Positions 1 through 13,678 of a stretch of 64,000 bases of DNA are shown here, piece by piece. The stretch covers positions 52,452,001 to 52,516,000 of the forward strand of contig OX597817.1 of assembly GCA_951406725.2 (NCBI GenBank). The letters are read 5' to 3'. Under the pieces are notes generated by a model. The model made no database searches. It had not been told where the DNA came from and was given only the letters and a program-made list of their open reading frames with translations. Source of the DNA: Octopus vulgaris (Eukaryota). A program made the translations under genes and the position numbers. The first letter of the stretch is position 1. The number at the start of each line of letters is the position of its first letter.

Positions 1-1701
1 CTCTAATTAAATGGTGACTTAATTATATTATTAAAAAAAAATTTTTTTTTTACATATTTTAATTTGGATTTTATTTATTTTAAAAAATTTGTTTCCGATT
101 TTATTTCTGCATCAGTTGTGTGTGTAATTTAAAAAAAAAAAGCTGGTATGACATTGGCATGACTACTCCATAAAGAATTTATAGTCTCTGGTAAACTGAG
201 TCAGCCATGCAAGTTCAATTCCCAGTTAAGTCAGTTCATTTAATTTACTCTTTGTACCTGTGATTTTCAGCTGTAATTAATTTGTTTGGAGATGGATGAG
301 ATCCACCAAGCTGACTTGCCCTAAATTAAACTAAATAACAAAGGCCTTCATGTGGCTCTGCCATGAAATTCCCTATCATGTAAATAACTTCCTTGTGACT
401 TTGAATGATTTATTTTTCAGTTGGTTTCCTATTTTTGTATCTCCAAAAGGGACTTTGTAATAAATAAAGTGATGAATATACAACTGACATATATTTTCAT
501 GACAAAAGCACAAAAAAATTCCAAAGAAATAAATAAAGGAAAAATGATATTGTCTATTTTCTTGTCTTTTTTTTTGTTTTTAATGTAATTTGTTTGTATA
601 ACATATATGTAATTTAGTCATTGTGCTAATAATAACTATGGGTGTGAGCTGGCATAATGTTAATGCACTTTTCTCATGGATTGACATTCTGAGTTCAAAT
701 CTCACCAAGGTCGACTATGCTTTTCATCCTTTCAGGGTTGACAGATACCAGTTGAATATTGTGGTCAGTATAATTGACTAGTCCATTCTCCCAAGATTTT
801 AGGCCATGTGCCTATAGTACAAAGAACTATTATTATTATTATTATGTGAGAGAGCAGTGCATGCCATCAAAGTGACACTGGGGTAAATATACGAAGCCCA
901 GTATACCCATCATGACTACCTGTCTGATAAGGGTACACCAAGCACATACATCACAACCATATGTGCGCAACATGGTGATCTCATTTCTTCTGGTCGAGTA
1001 GCCCATCCTGCTCAAAAGGTCCCTGAATAAGGATTGTTTAAGGATGTTGAACGAACCACCCATGTTTCCAAAAGTGAATTATCCAAACCGCTAAGAATTC
1101 CTTTTAACACACGGCTATGATGCTCCCCCACTAATTCTGCTTGTGATCAGAGATGCACACATCATCAGCCACTAAGGGACAGGCTCAACTGGTTAAAGTC
1201 AAACAACTGACAAGCAAATCTGTGGTATTGAGCAGAATATTTGCTGTAGCCCATCTTTTATACCAAGACAAAACAATGTACATGATAACACTTTCAATCA
1301 GTTAAGATTGGAAGCCATAAGAGCCACTGCCTGGTACTGCATCAGGACATTTATACTGCATCAAGGCATAATTATTATTATTATTATTCATGCGTTCACT
1401 TATTTTGTATACTATGCATACTTTTCTCATTTCAGTTTCCTTTCCCATTCCACCCCCAAAATTATAGACTGCCCTTGTAATGTCCCCCTGTGGAAAATGA
1501 AAAAGAATCCTCCTCCTTTTCATTATTATTATTACTATTTTTTCATTCTGAGCTCATATTCACTTTTCATCCTCTTGGGGTCAATAAAATAAGTACCAGT
1601 TGAGCACTGGGGTTGACGAAATCAACTAGCCCCCTTCCCCCAAATTAGGGGCCTAATGCCTGTAGTATAAAAGATTATTATTACTACATAAGGCAGTAGA
1701 T

Positions 1702-1950
1702 TGGCATAGTGGTTAAGAGTGCGGGCTACTAACCCCAAGAGTCCGAGTTCGATTCCAGGCAGTGACCTGAATAATATTGAAAAATACCTTAGGAACAAGA
1801 ACCCATATTCAAAATTTCCCTAAGACACCTGATGAAATCTAGAGGGTATATCAGCCGAAATATTGTGTTAACAACAAACAAGACATGGACAAATATCTGT
1901 CAGATGCAAATAATGTACATAATTCCTCATCTCTTAAAATATAGAACAGA
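1702..1950 (+). mobile_element. HHR-SINE copy
   Basis: Same tRNA head, CTGATGA at 1829-1835, GAAA at 1857-1860, same 3' tail. Confidence 0.75.
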
Positions 1951-3146
1951 ATTGAAATCAAATTCGATGACTGGCATCCGTGCTAGTGGAGTGCTAAGAA
2001 CACCATCTGAGTGTGTTCGTTGCCAGAGCTGGCTTCTGTGCTGGTGACACGTAAAAAGTGCCACTTGAGTGTGATCATTACCAGCATCACCTTACTGGCA
2101 CTTGTGCTGGTGGCACGTGAAAAAACATTCGAGTGAGGTCGTTGCCAGTGCCGCTGGACTGGCGTCTATGCAGTTGACATGTAAAAAACACCATTTGAGC
2201 GTGGCCATTGCCAGTACCATCTGACTGGCCCTCATGCCGGTGGCATGTAAAAGCACCCACTACACTCTCAGAGTGGTTGGCATTAGGAAGGGAATCCAGC
2301 TGTAGAAACTCTGCCAGATCAGATTGGAGCCTGATGCAGCCATCTGGTTCGCCAGTCCTCAGTCTAACCGTCCAACCCATGCTAGCATGAAAAGCGGACG
2401 TTAAACGACGGTGATGATGATGATGAATTGTTAGTGTTGTAGAAAATGACATGTATTTGCCCTGATTCCTAACATTCAGATTACATTCCCCTCTCAAACT
2501 TTATTTTATCGACTCTGAAAGGATGAAAAGGCAAAGTGGATCTGGTCAGAATTTGAACTCAGAATGTGAAGAGCTGGAAGAAATGCCACTATGCATTTTG
2601 TCCGATGCTCTACTGATTCTGCCAGCTTACCACCTTAACATGATGTTATTGATGATGGCAAAATACGTTTCTTAAAATGACAAAATAAATTTAAATTATG
2701 AAAAAATCATGTTTATTTTTCTATACAGATGTTTACATGAAACAGACAGGTGTGGCTGTGTGGTAAGAAGTTTGCTTCATGGCCACATGGTTCCAGGTTC
2801 GGTCATGCTATGTGGCACCTCGGGCAAGTGTCTTCTATAGCCTTGGGCTGACCGAAACCTTGTGAGTGGATTTGGTAGACAGAAACTGAAGGTGGTGAGC
2901 TGGCAGAAACACTGGCATGCTGAGCGAAATGCTTTGCGGTATTTTGTCTGCTGTTATGTTCTGAGTTCAAATTCCGCCGAGGTCGACTTTGCCTTTCATC
3001 CTTTCGGGGTCAATAAATTAAGTACCAGTTATGCAGTGGGTTGATGACTTAATCCCTTTGTCTTTGTTTGTCCCCTCTATGTTCAGCCCCTTGTGGGCAA
3101 TAAAGAAATAAGAAACTGAAAGATGCCTGTCATATATATATATCTA

Positions 3147-4372
3147 CAGGGGTTGGACAAAATAATGGAAACACCTAGCATCATAGCATCTTAATTTTGA
3201 AAACCGTCAGAAGCTTGTTTAATTTCAGGTTTTTTGGTTTATTGTTAGTATTGCTTAATATGTTTTGCTAAAACATGTTTCCTTTCAGATATCAGAAAAA
3301 GGTAATTAAAATTCATTAAAATGACAGATCTATTGGACTTTCAAAGAGGTCAAATTTTTGGTGCTTGCATAATGAAAACAGCCGAAATGTTTGGTGTATC
3401 AAGAAGTACTGTCTCAGAAGTAATGACAGCCTTTGAGAAAGAGGGGAAAACTTCCTTGTCAAAACAGAACTCCGGAAGAAAACCAAAATTTTCAGAAAGG
3501 GACCGTTGGACTCTCATGCGAATTGTTAGAAAAGATCACAAAAGTACAGCTCCCAAAATTACTGCACAGCTTAATGACCACCTCGATAACCCAGTTTCCA
3601 CAAAAACTGTTTGCTGGGAGCTGCACAAAGCCAGATTTTACGGGAGGGCTGCAATCAAAAAACCACTCCTTTCAAAAACAAATGTTGCAAAGCGTTTAGA
3701 GTGGAGTAAAAACCCACAGAATTTGTCCCTAGAGCAGTGGAAGAATGTTATTTTCTCGGCCGAGTCATCCTTTACCTTATTTCTGACCACCGGCTGAGTA
3801 TATGTGTGGAGACAGCCAATAGAAGCATTTGACCCAGACTGCTTTCTTCTAACTGTTAAACATGGAGGAGGATCTATGATGATGGGGGGAGGGGGCTATA
3901 TCTTGGAAATCCGCTGGCCCAATGGTTTCTCTTCATGGCAGAATTAATAGTCAGGACTGTTTAAGTATTTAATCTGATCAAATTCATCCTATGGTTGTGG
4001 AACTGTTTCCAGAGGGAAATGCAATCTTTCAGAATGATAATGCACCAATTCACACAGCTAAAGTTGTTACTGAATGGCCTGAGGAACATTCCAGTGAAGC
4101 TGAACATCTTATCTGGCCACCACAGTCCCCAATATTATTGAACATTTATGGTGCATTTTAGAAAAACAAGTAAGGAGTTGATATCCTCCACCATCTGGAG
4201 ACTGTTTTAACTGAAGAATGGATAAAAATTCCTTTGGAAACAATTCAAACTTTGTATGAGTCCATACCTTGTAGAATTCAAGCTGTAATTACTGCCAAAG
4301 GCGGTCCTACCCCATATTAAAATGAATATGTTTGAAATTTTAAGGTGTTTCCATTATTTTGTCCAACCCCTG
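3147..4372 (+). mobile_element. Tc1/mariner DNA transposon, DD36E (Incomer-like), full length but decayed
   Basis: 30-bp TIRs CAGGGGTTGGACAAAATAATGGAAACACCT; TA TSD at 3145-3146 and 4373-4374; 1226 bp; transposase remnant inside. Confidence 0.93.
3321..4320 (+). pseudogene. Tc1-family transposase pseudogene
   Basis: MTDLLDFQRGQI...GRKPK...WKNVIFSAES (first catalytic D mutated to A), stop at 3795-3797, TVKHGGGS, FQNDNAPIH, WPPQSP..NIIEHLW, GGPTPY stop; frameshifts and deletions. Confidence 0.9.
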
Positions 4373-4769
4373 TATAAATCTGTGTGTATGTACATGTCTT
4401 TGTGTCTGTTTGTCCCGTACCACTGATTGACAACCGATGTTGGTGTGTTTACGTCCCTATAACTGAACAGTTTGGCAAAATACACTTATGGAAGAAAAAT
4501 ATGTACTGGAATTGATTCATCTGATTAAAATTCTTCAATGTGATACCCCAGCATGGCCACACTCTGACTGAAACAAGTGAAGGACAAAAAAAAAGGTAAG
4601 ACAATAGACAATACAATTGTATGTGTAACAAATGATGATTGATGTCACATCTCAAAAGACAACTGCTAGATAACATTGACAAGTGTATTAATTTGATTTA
4701 CCATCCATATATTTTAGGTATATTTTTATAAAATGTAATTACATGCGGATTGTTTGTGATTTTCTTACT

Positions 4770-4945
4770 CCTTTTTCCTTTTCTCTTGGACTTTCTTCTA
4801 TCTCCTGTTTCTGAAGGAGAGCTTTCCTCAAAATGTAAAACACCCTTTCTTTCCTTCCCTGAGAGTCTTTTAATACTTTGCATGTACCATGGTCTCACAT
4901 TGTTGCTTTTTCTTGTGTTTTTTCTGGGTTTTTTAAAATTAATTA
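4770..4945 (+). repeat. decayed HHR-containing short repeat (same family as 19033-19194)
   Basis: GTTT-CTGAAGGA-GAG-CTTTC-CTC-AAAA-TGT-AAAAC followed by the same CCCT..CTTTC..TTCC..CTGAG tail and (TA)n as the minus copy at 19033-19194. Confidence 0.5.
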
Positions 4946-5027
4946 TCTATGTGTATATATATATATATATACACACACATATATATAAAGATAAATTAAA
5001 TATAGAAGATATTGAATTGACAATCTA

Positions 5028-5820
5028 AGAGTCAACCTAGCGAAAACCAAAATCTTAATAAGTAGGAAGGCAGACAACCACAAATCCCTCCAGGTAGATG
5101 GCCTGCTCGATCTGTAGAAAAGGCATAGGTAGAAACTCCATAAGATGTAAGCTAGGGACACATAAGAAATGCAGCAATATCAAAGGAAGGCTAACTGGGA
5201 AGATAATTTTTGTGTGTGGCAAATGCTCAGGTGCTATAAACACTGAAAATGCGCAGAAAACAGCTTCTGTCACATTTCAGGGTGAATGTAGTTACATGTA
5301 ATTGATAGCTTCTGTTACCTAGGTGACCAAGTCAGTAGTGGGGGTGGATGCTCTGAGAGTGTAGCTGCTAGAATAAGAATAGCCTGGGTAAAGTTCAGAG
5401 AGCTCCTACCTCTGCTGGTGACACAGGGCCTCTCAGAGTAAAAGGTAGACTGCCATGCTACATGGCAGTGAAACATGGGCCATGACTGCTAAGGACATGC
5501 CTAAGCTTGCAAGGAATGAAGCCAGTATGCTCCATTGGATGTGTAATGTTAGTGTGCATACACGACAGAGTGTAAGTGCCCTGAGAGAAAAGTTGGACTT
5601 AAGAAGCATCAGATGTGGTGTGCAAGAGAGACGACTGTGCTGGTATGGTCATGTTGCAAATGGATGAGGAGAGCTGTGTGAAAAAATGTCACACTCTAGC
5701 AGTTGAGGGAACTTGTAGAAGAGGTAGACCCAGGATGAAGTGGTGAAACATGACCTTCAAACATTGGGCCTCACCGAGGTAATGACTAGTGACCAAGACC
5801 ATTGGAGGTATGCTGTGTGT
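5028..5820 (+). mobile_element. RTE-type LINE, 5'-truncated decayed RT C-terminal fragment
   Basis: SFCYLGDQVSSGGGCSESVAARIRIAW..., LHGSETW, RRLCWYGHV, GRPR motifs; further fragments at ~11125-11555, 38630-39210 and 50090-50260. Confidence 0.8.
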
Positions 5821-6963
5821 AAAAAGCACCGTGATCGTTGCCAGCATCTCCTGACTGGCTCCTGTGCCAGTGGCACATAAAAAACACCATTTGAGCGTGG
5901 TCATTGCCAGTGCTACCTGACTGGCTCCTGTGCTGGTGGCATGTAAAAAACACTATTTGAGCATGGTCAATGCCAGTACCACCTGACTAGTCCTTATGCC
6001 GGTGGCACATAAAAAACACCCACTACACTCTCAGAGTGATTGGCATTAGGAAGGGCATCCAGCTGTAGAAACTTTGCCAGATCAGATTGGAGACTGGTGC
6101 AGCCTTCTGATTCGCCAGCCCTCAGTCAAACCGTCCAATCCATGCCAGCATGGAAAGCGGACGTTAAACGACAATGATGATGATGATAATGATTACATTA
6201 AAAACCCTTTGAAGGATTTCTTTTCCTCAGTTTGTTACTATATATATATATATAAATTTATGTCAGTTTGTTACTATATATATATAAATTTATGTGACAG
6301 TATATGGATTCAAGTAATCCTGGTGGTACTCGTAAAAAAAAGGTCCTTAATGTATGGTTCTGCAAAACATATCGAATATATAGTAATATACAAGAGAAAG
6401 TTATAAGGAGTGTATATAGTCATAAATGACAGACAAATGTTTAGATGAATCTTTATTTAACAATGAAAAGTCCAAATACCATGAGAAATTTGTTTCGTAA
6501 CTCAAAAAACATGTAAATAAGTTATATTATAACATTTGATAATATATAAACATCATGTGATGATTGTAAGTTCTGATCATCTTTAGAAAAAACGTTTGGT
6601 AATGGAGAAATATTATTTTGCTAGGCAACAAGTGAAGGTTGGTAACAGGAAAGGCATCCAGCCAGAGAAAATCTACCTGAAGATATTCCATCTGACCCAT
6701 GCAAGCATGGAAAAGTGGATGTTAAGAGTCGATGATGATGAAATTACTTAATCATTTCAAAAGATTAAAAAAAAATATATAGATTTTTCTTTTGTTCAAA
6801 ATTATTTCGTCTTTAGAAAAAGTCTGTCTTAAAATGAACGCATCAACTCCAAAACTAAACAGTAGCAGTTTCCATAGTGACAGGCCAAAGATGAATTGAT
6901 GGACCTGATAGGAATGCCAGCTGGTTACCTTCTTTGAAGAAATCGATGTTTGGTTTGTAAATT

Positions 6964-7123
6964 TCAACCATCAGCTTCCTTCACATGCTTGGCATGGAAA
7001 ATATTAATGGTTGTCTCATGACAAGGACGGAGATCATAATCATAGAATCCAAGGCTGAATTTTGGAACATTTTTGAAATAGTCAAGGCCACGTCCAATCT
7101 TAACAATCCAGCCGTTATTGAAC
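6964..7123 (-). CDS. MITD1: MITD1 coding exon 6 (terminal)
   Basis: cacag acceptor; [52 protein letters not shown] then TGA; hallmark MITD1 C-terminus. Confidence 0.94.
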
Positions 7124-7249
7124 CTGTGTGGAATGAAAAAGAAAAATCTTTAAGAACATTATGATTATTGGGAAAAATGCCTTGTGGTATTTCTTCTGGT
7201 TCTTTACACTTTGAGTTTAAATCCTACCAATACTCTCTTTACACTCTTA

Positions 7250-7659
7250 TACTCTTTTACTTGTTTCAGTCATTTGACTGCGGCCATGCTGGAGCACTGC
7301 CTTTTAGTTGAGCAAATCGACCCCCAGGACTTATTCTTTGTAAGCCTAGTACTTATTCTATCGGTCTCTTTTTGCCGAACCGCTAAGTTATGGGGGACGT
7401 AAACACACCAGCATCAGTTGTCAAGCGATGTTGGGGCGACAAACACAGACACACAAACATATATACACACATACATACACATATACATATATACGATTGG
7501 CTTCTTTCAGTTTCCGTCTACCAAATCCACTCACAAGGCTTTGGTCAGCCCGAGGCTATAGTAGAAGACACTTGCCCAAGGTGCCATGCAGTGGGACTGA
7601 ACCTGGAACCATGTGGTTGGTAAGCAAGCTACTTACCACACAGCCACTCCTGCGCCTAT
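7250..7659 (-). mobile_element. tRNA-derived SINE family B (CORE-like ACCTTGGGCAAGT domain)
   Basis: GGCGCAGGAGTGGCTGTGTGGTAAG head, internal (TA/CA)n, GAAACAAGTAAAAGAG tail. Other copies ~13020-13390(-), 14916-15303(+), 16511-16895(+), 34875-35570(-), 46478-46890(+), 47795-48392(-), 48560-49012(-), 50330-50740(-). Confidence 0.8.
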
Positions 7660-9991
7660 GTCAACTTTTTGTTCTTTCTGGGTCAATAAAATAAAGTACC
7701 AGACGTGTGTGTGTCTTTGTGTCTGTTCGTCCCCGTACTACTTGAGACTCGGTGTTGGTTTCTTTACATCTCCATAACATAGCAGTTTGGCAAGAGAGAC
7801 TGATTGAATAAGTACCAGACCAAAACCCTTCAAGGAGGTGTTCCAGCATGGCCACAATCCAATGACTGAAACCAGTAAATGATAAAAGATACCCCAAAAG
7901 CCATACAACACCCACAACCTTGCAAGGAAGTTTATGGACCCATCGTTCTAACAACGACCTTGGGTACCTTTTTTGAATTCTGTCTGACACTCATGGATAT
8001 ACATTATTTACATATGACAGATATTTGTCCTCATCTTGTTTGTTGTTAACACAACATTTCAGCTGATATACCTTCCAGCCTTCATCAAATATCCGTTAAA
8101 TGTCATCATAATCATCATCATCATCGTTTAACATCCGCTTTCCATGCTAGCATGGGTTGGATGGTTCAACTGGGGTCTGGGAAGCCAGGAGGCTATACCA
8201 GGCTTCAATCTTGATCTGGCAGGGTTTCTACAGCTGGATGCCCTTCCTAATGCCAACCACTCCGTGAGTGTAGTAGGTGCTTTTTATGTGCCACTGGCAC
8301 AGGTACCAAGCGAGGCTGGCAACGGCCACGTTCTGATGGTTCTTTTACGTGCCACCGGCACTGGTATCACAACTGCAATTGCCATTGATTTTTGATCAAT
8401 AATAAATAATGTACATAATTCCTCATCTCTTAAACGTAGAACTGTACTCATGGATATGTTTACAAAGTCACAAAACAACACAACACCCATGACTTTCTGA
8501 AACATTTATTCACGCTCAGTTGTTAGCTGTCCATCATCATCATTTAACGTTTGCTTTCCATGCTGGCATGGTTTGGACGGTTTGTCTAAAAACTGGTTAA
8601 GCTGGGGAATTGAACTTGCCTGGAATTGAACCTGGAATCTTAGAGTTAGAAGCCCATGCTCTTAACCACTATGCCACATGCCCATGGACAACCCACTGAA
8701 AACCTGTCAAGCCAAGTAAAATCACAGTCACGGCCGATGTCAGTGCTGTCTGACTGGCACCCATGCCAGTGGCACATAAGAAGCACTGTTTGAGCATTCT
8801 GAGCTGATTTGCCAAGATTTCTACGGCTGGATGCCCTTCCTAATGCCAATCACCCTGAGAGTGTAATGGGTGCTTTTTATATGCCATGGGCATGGGTGTC
8901 ATTGGCCATGACTACAGTCTCACTTGGCTTGACAGGTATACACAACCACAGTATATCACCAAAGGTCTTGGTTGCTTGTCACTGCCTCCATGAGGCCCAA
9001 CGCTGAAACAGTGCTTCTTACGTGCCACTGGCACAGGTGCCAGTCAGACAGCACTGGCATTGGCCATTACTGTGATTTCACTCAGCTCAACAGGTTTTCA
9101 TTGGATTGTCCACGGGCATATGGTATTGTGGTTAAGAGCACAGGCTACTAACCCCAAGGTTCCATGTTCAATTCCAGGCGGTGACCTGAATAATAACAAT
9201 GGTAATAATAATATCAAAAAATACCTTAGGAATGAGAACTCCGGTTCGAAATTTCCCCAAGACACCTGATGAAGGCTGAAGTTTAACAGGCCATTGGCAT
9301 TGGCCACGACTATTATTTCACTCAGCTTGGGTCTTCTCAAGCACAAAATTCACCAGCACTACACCTGATGTCCCCACCCCTTTTTGTAATGACTCCTTCA
9401 CTGTTCACTACCCGTACATTATTCTATTTATTCTAGTTGGTACCTGTGCCGGTAGCATGTGTAAAAAGATTCAAGCAAGGTCATTGCCAGTACAGCCTGA
9501 CTGGCCCCCGTGCCGTGGCACGTAAAAGGGCACCATTCGAGCATGATCGTTACCAACGTCGCCTGACTGGCCCCCGTGCCGGTGGCACGTAAAAAAAACA
9601 CCCACTACACTCAGTGGTTAGCGTTAGGAAGGGCATCAAGCTGTAGAAACTCTGCCAGATCAAGATTGGAGCCTGGTGCAGCCATCTAGTTTGCCAGCCC
9701 TCAGTCAAAATCGTCCAACCCATGCTAGCATGGAAAGCAGACGTTAAACGATGATAATGATGATGATGATGGTGTCCATGCACTTTTGGGGACGTTTTTT
9801 GATGAGTTGTAGTGCACTTGAGCATTGTATACTATAAGTTCATTATATTTAAGTTCCAGATCAGACTAAATCAAAATTTTCTTGCATGGTGTAGGATTAG
9901 CTAACTGTGGGTGTGTAGGGTCAACTTGAGAAAGGCTCATCACCACTTAAAAGAAACAGTAACAACAACTGATTTGAAAGGTGTCACTCAC

Positions 9992-10110
9992 CTTATTTCT
10001 CGGTCATGTAAGGTTTTGCTGTAGCTGACCTCTAATTCAATGTTGTTCCCTTTGAAGTTGTCACACATTGCAGAAAAGGCTTGTTTCTGTTGACATTTCT
10101 TGTTTTCGTC
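9992..10110 (-). CDS. MITD1: MITD1 coding exon 5
   Basis: tttgcag acceptor; DENKKCQQKQAFSAMCDNFKGNNIELEVSYSKTLHDREI(R) (HDREIR motif); GTGAGT donor; 119 nt. Confidence 0.93.
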
Positions 10111-11124
10111 CTGCAAAGTGAGAAATAGTTGGGTTGGTGACAGTAAACTGATTAAGGGGAAAGGAAGAGAGAGAGAGAGAGAGAGAATAAAAGTATGAGT
10201 CTAAAAAGGGGAGTGAGAAAGGTAAAGTGTGTGCAAGTTGGAGAAAAGAAGGTAGCAATAATGAAAGTGTTGCCAAAAAAAAAAAAGTGAGGGAGAACGT
10301 AAAAGAAATGGCCCTGCTTGATACATATATATATATATATATCATCATCATCATCATCATCATCATCGTTTAACGTCCGTTCTCCATGCTAGCATGGGTT
10401 GGACGGTTCGACCGGGGTTCTGGGAAGCCAGAAGGCTGCACCAGGCTCCAGTCTAATCTGGCAATGTTTCTACAGCTGGATGCCCTTCCTAATGCCAATA
10501 TATATATATATATATATATGTATCATCATCATTATCATTTAACGTCTGCTTTCCATGCTGGCATGGGTTGGACGATTTGACTGAGGACTGGCGAACCAAA
10601 TGGTTGCACCAGGCTCCAATCTTGTTCTGGCAGAGTTTCTAGAGCTTGATGCCCTTCCTAACACCAACCACTCTGAGAGTGTAGTGGGTGCTTTTACGTC
10701 CCACCGGCACAGGCTAGTCAGGCGGTACTGGCAACGACCTCGCTCGAATGTTTTTTTCACATGCCAGTCGGGCGATGCTGGTAACAATCACGCTCGGATG
10801 GTGCTCTTAGCGCCCCACTAGCACGGGTCACAAGTGCCAGTAAGGCAATGCTGGTAACGATCACGCTCGAATGGTGCCTTTTATGTGCCACTGACACAGA
10901 AGCCAGTTAGCTGCTCTGTCAACGATCACGCTCGGATGGTGCTCTTAGCGCCCCACTAGCACGGGGCACAAGTGCCAGTAAGGCAATGCTGGTAACGATC
11001 ATGCTTGAATGGTGCCTTTTATGTGCCACTGACACAGAAGCCAGTTAGCTGCTCTGTCAATGATCATGCTTGGATGGTGCTCTTAGCGCTCCACTAGCAC
11101 GGATGCCAGTCATTGAATTTAATG

Positions 11125-11555
11125 AAGGTGGGTGTAGGTAGAAATTCCATACAGAGCACCCAGTGTAAGGCATGGACCTGACATGCAATGGAATCACAGG
11201 GAGACTAACACAGTAAGAAGACATTGCTTGTGGCAAATGTGTTGAAGCAGTAAACCCTGAGTGCACATGGGAATTAGATTATTGCAAATATTCAGGAGGT
11301 TCTCTGGAGGTCGAAGGTACTTTCTGTTACCTAGGTGGCCTAATTAGCAGTAGAGGAGGATGTTCCAAATGCATGGTTGTCCGAATTTTTCCTGTCCTAT
11401 TTCTTATTCTGAGACCTATTTGTTGTTGGCAACAAAAGGTCTCTCTGTGTCTTAGAGTAAAAGGTAGATTGTAGAATGCTTGTATACAAACAGCAATGCT
11501 ACATGGTAGTAAGACATGGAGCCTGAACACAAAGGACATGAGAAGATTAAAGAAA
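11125..11555 (+). mobile_element. RTE-type LINE fragment
   Basis: Homologous to 5028-5820 (FCYLGG, MLHGSKTW). Confidence 0.65.
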
Positions 11556-11718
11556 CAGAAGGGGAAGTTAACAAAATTACAGGTAGGCAGAGGTGAGAGA
11601 AGGCAAAAAGGTGTGGCTGGATGTGTGAGTGTGAGAGAGAGAGAGAGAGAAAGAAGGTGGGGGAGGAGATTTAGCTGCTATTTTGAGCAGCTCCGCTGGT
11701 TTGTTTAACAATACTTAC

Positions 11719-11805
11719 ATTTTCACAGCTGGTGTTTAGAATGATCTTCTTAACATTTGCATCTGACTTGTGTAGAAGTTCACAAAACCGTATGAAGTTA
11801 ATAAT
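11719..11805 (-). CDS. MITD1: MITD1 coding exon 4
   Basis: ttcttacag acceptor; IINFIRFCELLHKSDANVKKIILNTSCEN (NFxRFCE motif); GTAAGT donor; 87 nt, phase 0 to 0. Confidence 0.93.
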
Positions 11806-12666
11806 CTGTAAGAAATAAAAATGAAAAAAAATAACTTTGATATCTCATGTAAAAAAAAAAAACCTTCAATGATATTTTAGGTAGGGCCTCCAGTGCTGGA
11901 CAGGTCAAAAAGTAGAGGCCAAAGTAATACAAACCACCTTTTCCCAGAGATAAAAATAGGTTTGGATAAAGCCAACATCCCTACTCTGAGTAAAAAAAAA
12001 AAACCAGAGTTACAGAAGCATCCCAGAGAAATTGAAACAAACAAGTCTTGAGAGAAGAAGGCCTTACACAGTACAGCAAAATCCAAATGGAAGCAGTAGT
12101 TGTAAGGTCAACTTGTTTTCAGAACTTCATGGGACAATCCAGAGTCGAGAACATTGAAGAAAAATTGTCAATGGCCTATGCTCCATAAAGAGGGAAGGGC
12201 TTTTAAACAGGTCATATCCAGCCCATGTATTCTGCTTGCTTTATGTTTAAACCAGCCACATCTGGCCTCTCACACCTACCCTACAATGTCATTCTAAAAA
12301 AAACTAGCACATCATTAGAATCACAAAGTAATGAAATAATGTATGATTAATTCAAAACAATAAGAATAAACATTACATTCGGCCGAGGAACGTGAATGCT
12401 AAAGGTTTAAGGAAGACCCCATTGCTTTGCCTGTCTGTCTCCCTATCATTGAGGAAGAAACTGGCCAGACTAGGAGAAGGATGGGCTTCAGAAAGTCTAA
12501 AAAGGGCCTAAGACATACTGTATGCCATGATTACAGTGCTTCAATGAGTCTATGAAGGAGTTGAGGGCCCAAGGTAAGGTAAGATGTTTTGCAGATTTTG
12601 TCCCAACCCCTCTGTACTTTGGGTTCAAATCTTACCAAGGTCAGCTTTACCATTTATCCTTTAAGG

Positions 12667-12813
12667 CAGCGCTTCTTAAACTACAGGTTGCGAAAATTAA
12701 ATTCAAACACATGAATTTCATTTTATATGTTATTTCATATTCAATACCTGGGGTCGTGAAAAATCTCGTGATGAAAAATGGGGTCGTGAATGAAAAAAGT
12801 TTGAGAAGCGCTG
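12667..12813. mobile_element. hAT-type MITE
   Basis: TIRs CAGCGCTTCTTAAACT / AGTTTGAGAAGCGCTG; 8-bp TSD CTTTAAGG at 12659-12666 and 12814-12821. Confidence 0.85.
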
Positions 12814-13678
12814 CTTTAAGGGGTAGAAAAGTAAAGGACCAGTCCAGGGTAGTGAAGTGGAAAAATTATAAGCGCATTTGTTGCTGTTCAACCATAAGGT
12901 CTTGAGTTCAGTTCCACTGCATGGCACCTCGGACAGATGTCTGCTACTATAGCATCTGGCTTAACGTCTTGTAAGTGAAATTGGTAGACAGAAACTGAAA
13001 GAAGCCCACTGCATATTCTTTTTCTTGTTTCAGTCATTTGTCTGCGGCCATGCTGGAGCACCATATTTAGTCAAACAAATCAACCCCAGGACTTATTCCT
13101 TGTAAGCGTGGTACTTATTCAATCGGTCTCATTTGCTGAACCACTAAGTTACGAGGACATAAACACACCAACATCGATTGTCAAGCAGTGGAGGGGGGAC
13201 AAATAAAGACACACAAACACACACACACGTGCAATGAGCTTCTTTCAGTTTCCGCCTACGAAATCCACTCACAAGACTTTGGTCAGTCTGAGGCTATAGT
13301 AGAAGACACTTGCCCAAGGTGTCACACAGTGGGACTGAACCCGGAACCATGTAGTTGGGAAGCAAGCTTCTTACCACACAGTCACTCCTACTAAATATGT
13401 GTACTTAAATATGTGTGTGCGCATGCGTACATTTGTCTAGATACTAAGTGATGGTTGTAAATGAGCATCACTGTTATACACGCGAGGTTGTTTGTTTCCA
13501 GTCTTACCTGAAAAACATGCCTGGCCCTGGGGAAATATTAATTAGCCTTCAAACAGGTGAGGGTTAGTGACAGGAAAGGCACACAACTGTAATCTGCCCC
13601 CAAAAATTCTGCCTCTGACTTGTGCAAGCATGGGAAAATGGATGTGAAATGATGATGATTAAGACTTTTAAAAATTAC

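Noticed and set aside
1-620. AT-rich sequence with AATAAA motifs as the 3' UTR of a neighbouring gene
   Set aside because: No exon is visible to anchor it, and AATAAA is expected by chance at this composition.
6480-6600. Possible further decayed hammerhead on the minus strand (CTAAAGATG...CGAAAC)
   Set aside because: The core is mutated and I could not build convincing stems I-III.
10690-11110. Regular ~57-bp tandem repeats resembling a CRISPR array (also 44430-44720, 5820-6020)
   Set aside because: The units are the internal minisatellite of retroposon family C, with no unique spacers and no cas genes, in eukaryotic intron context.
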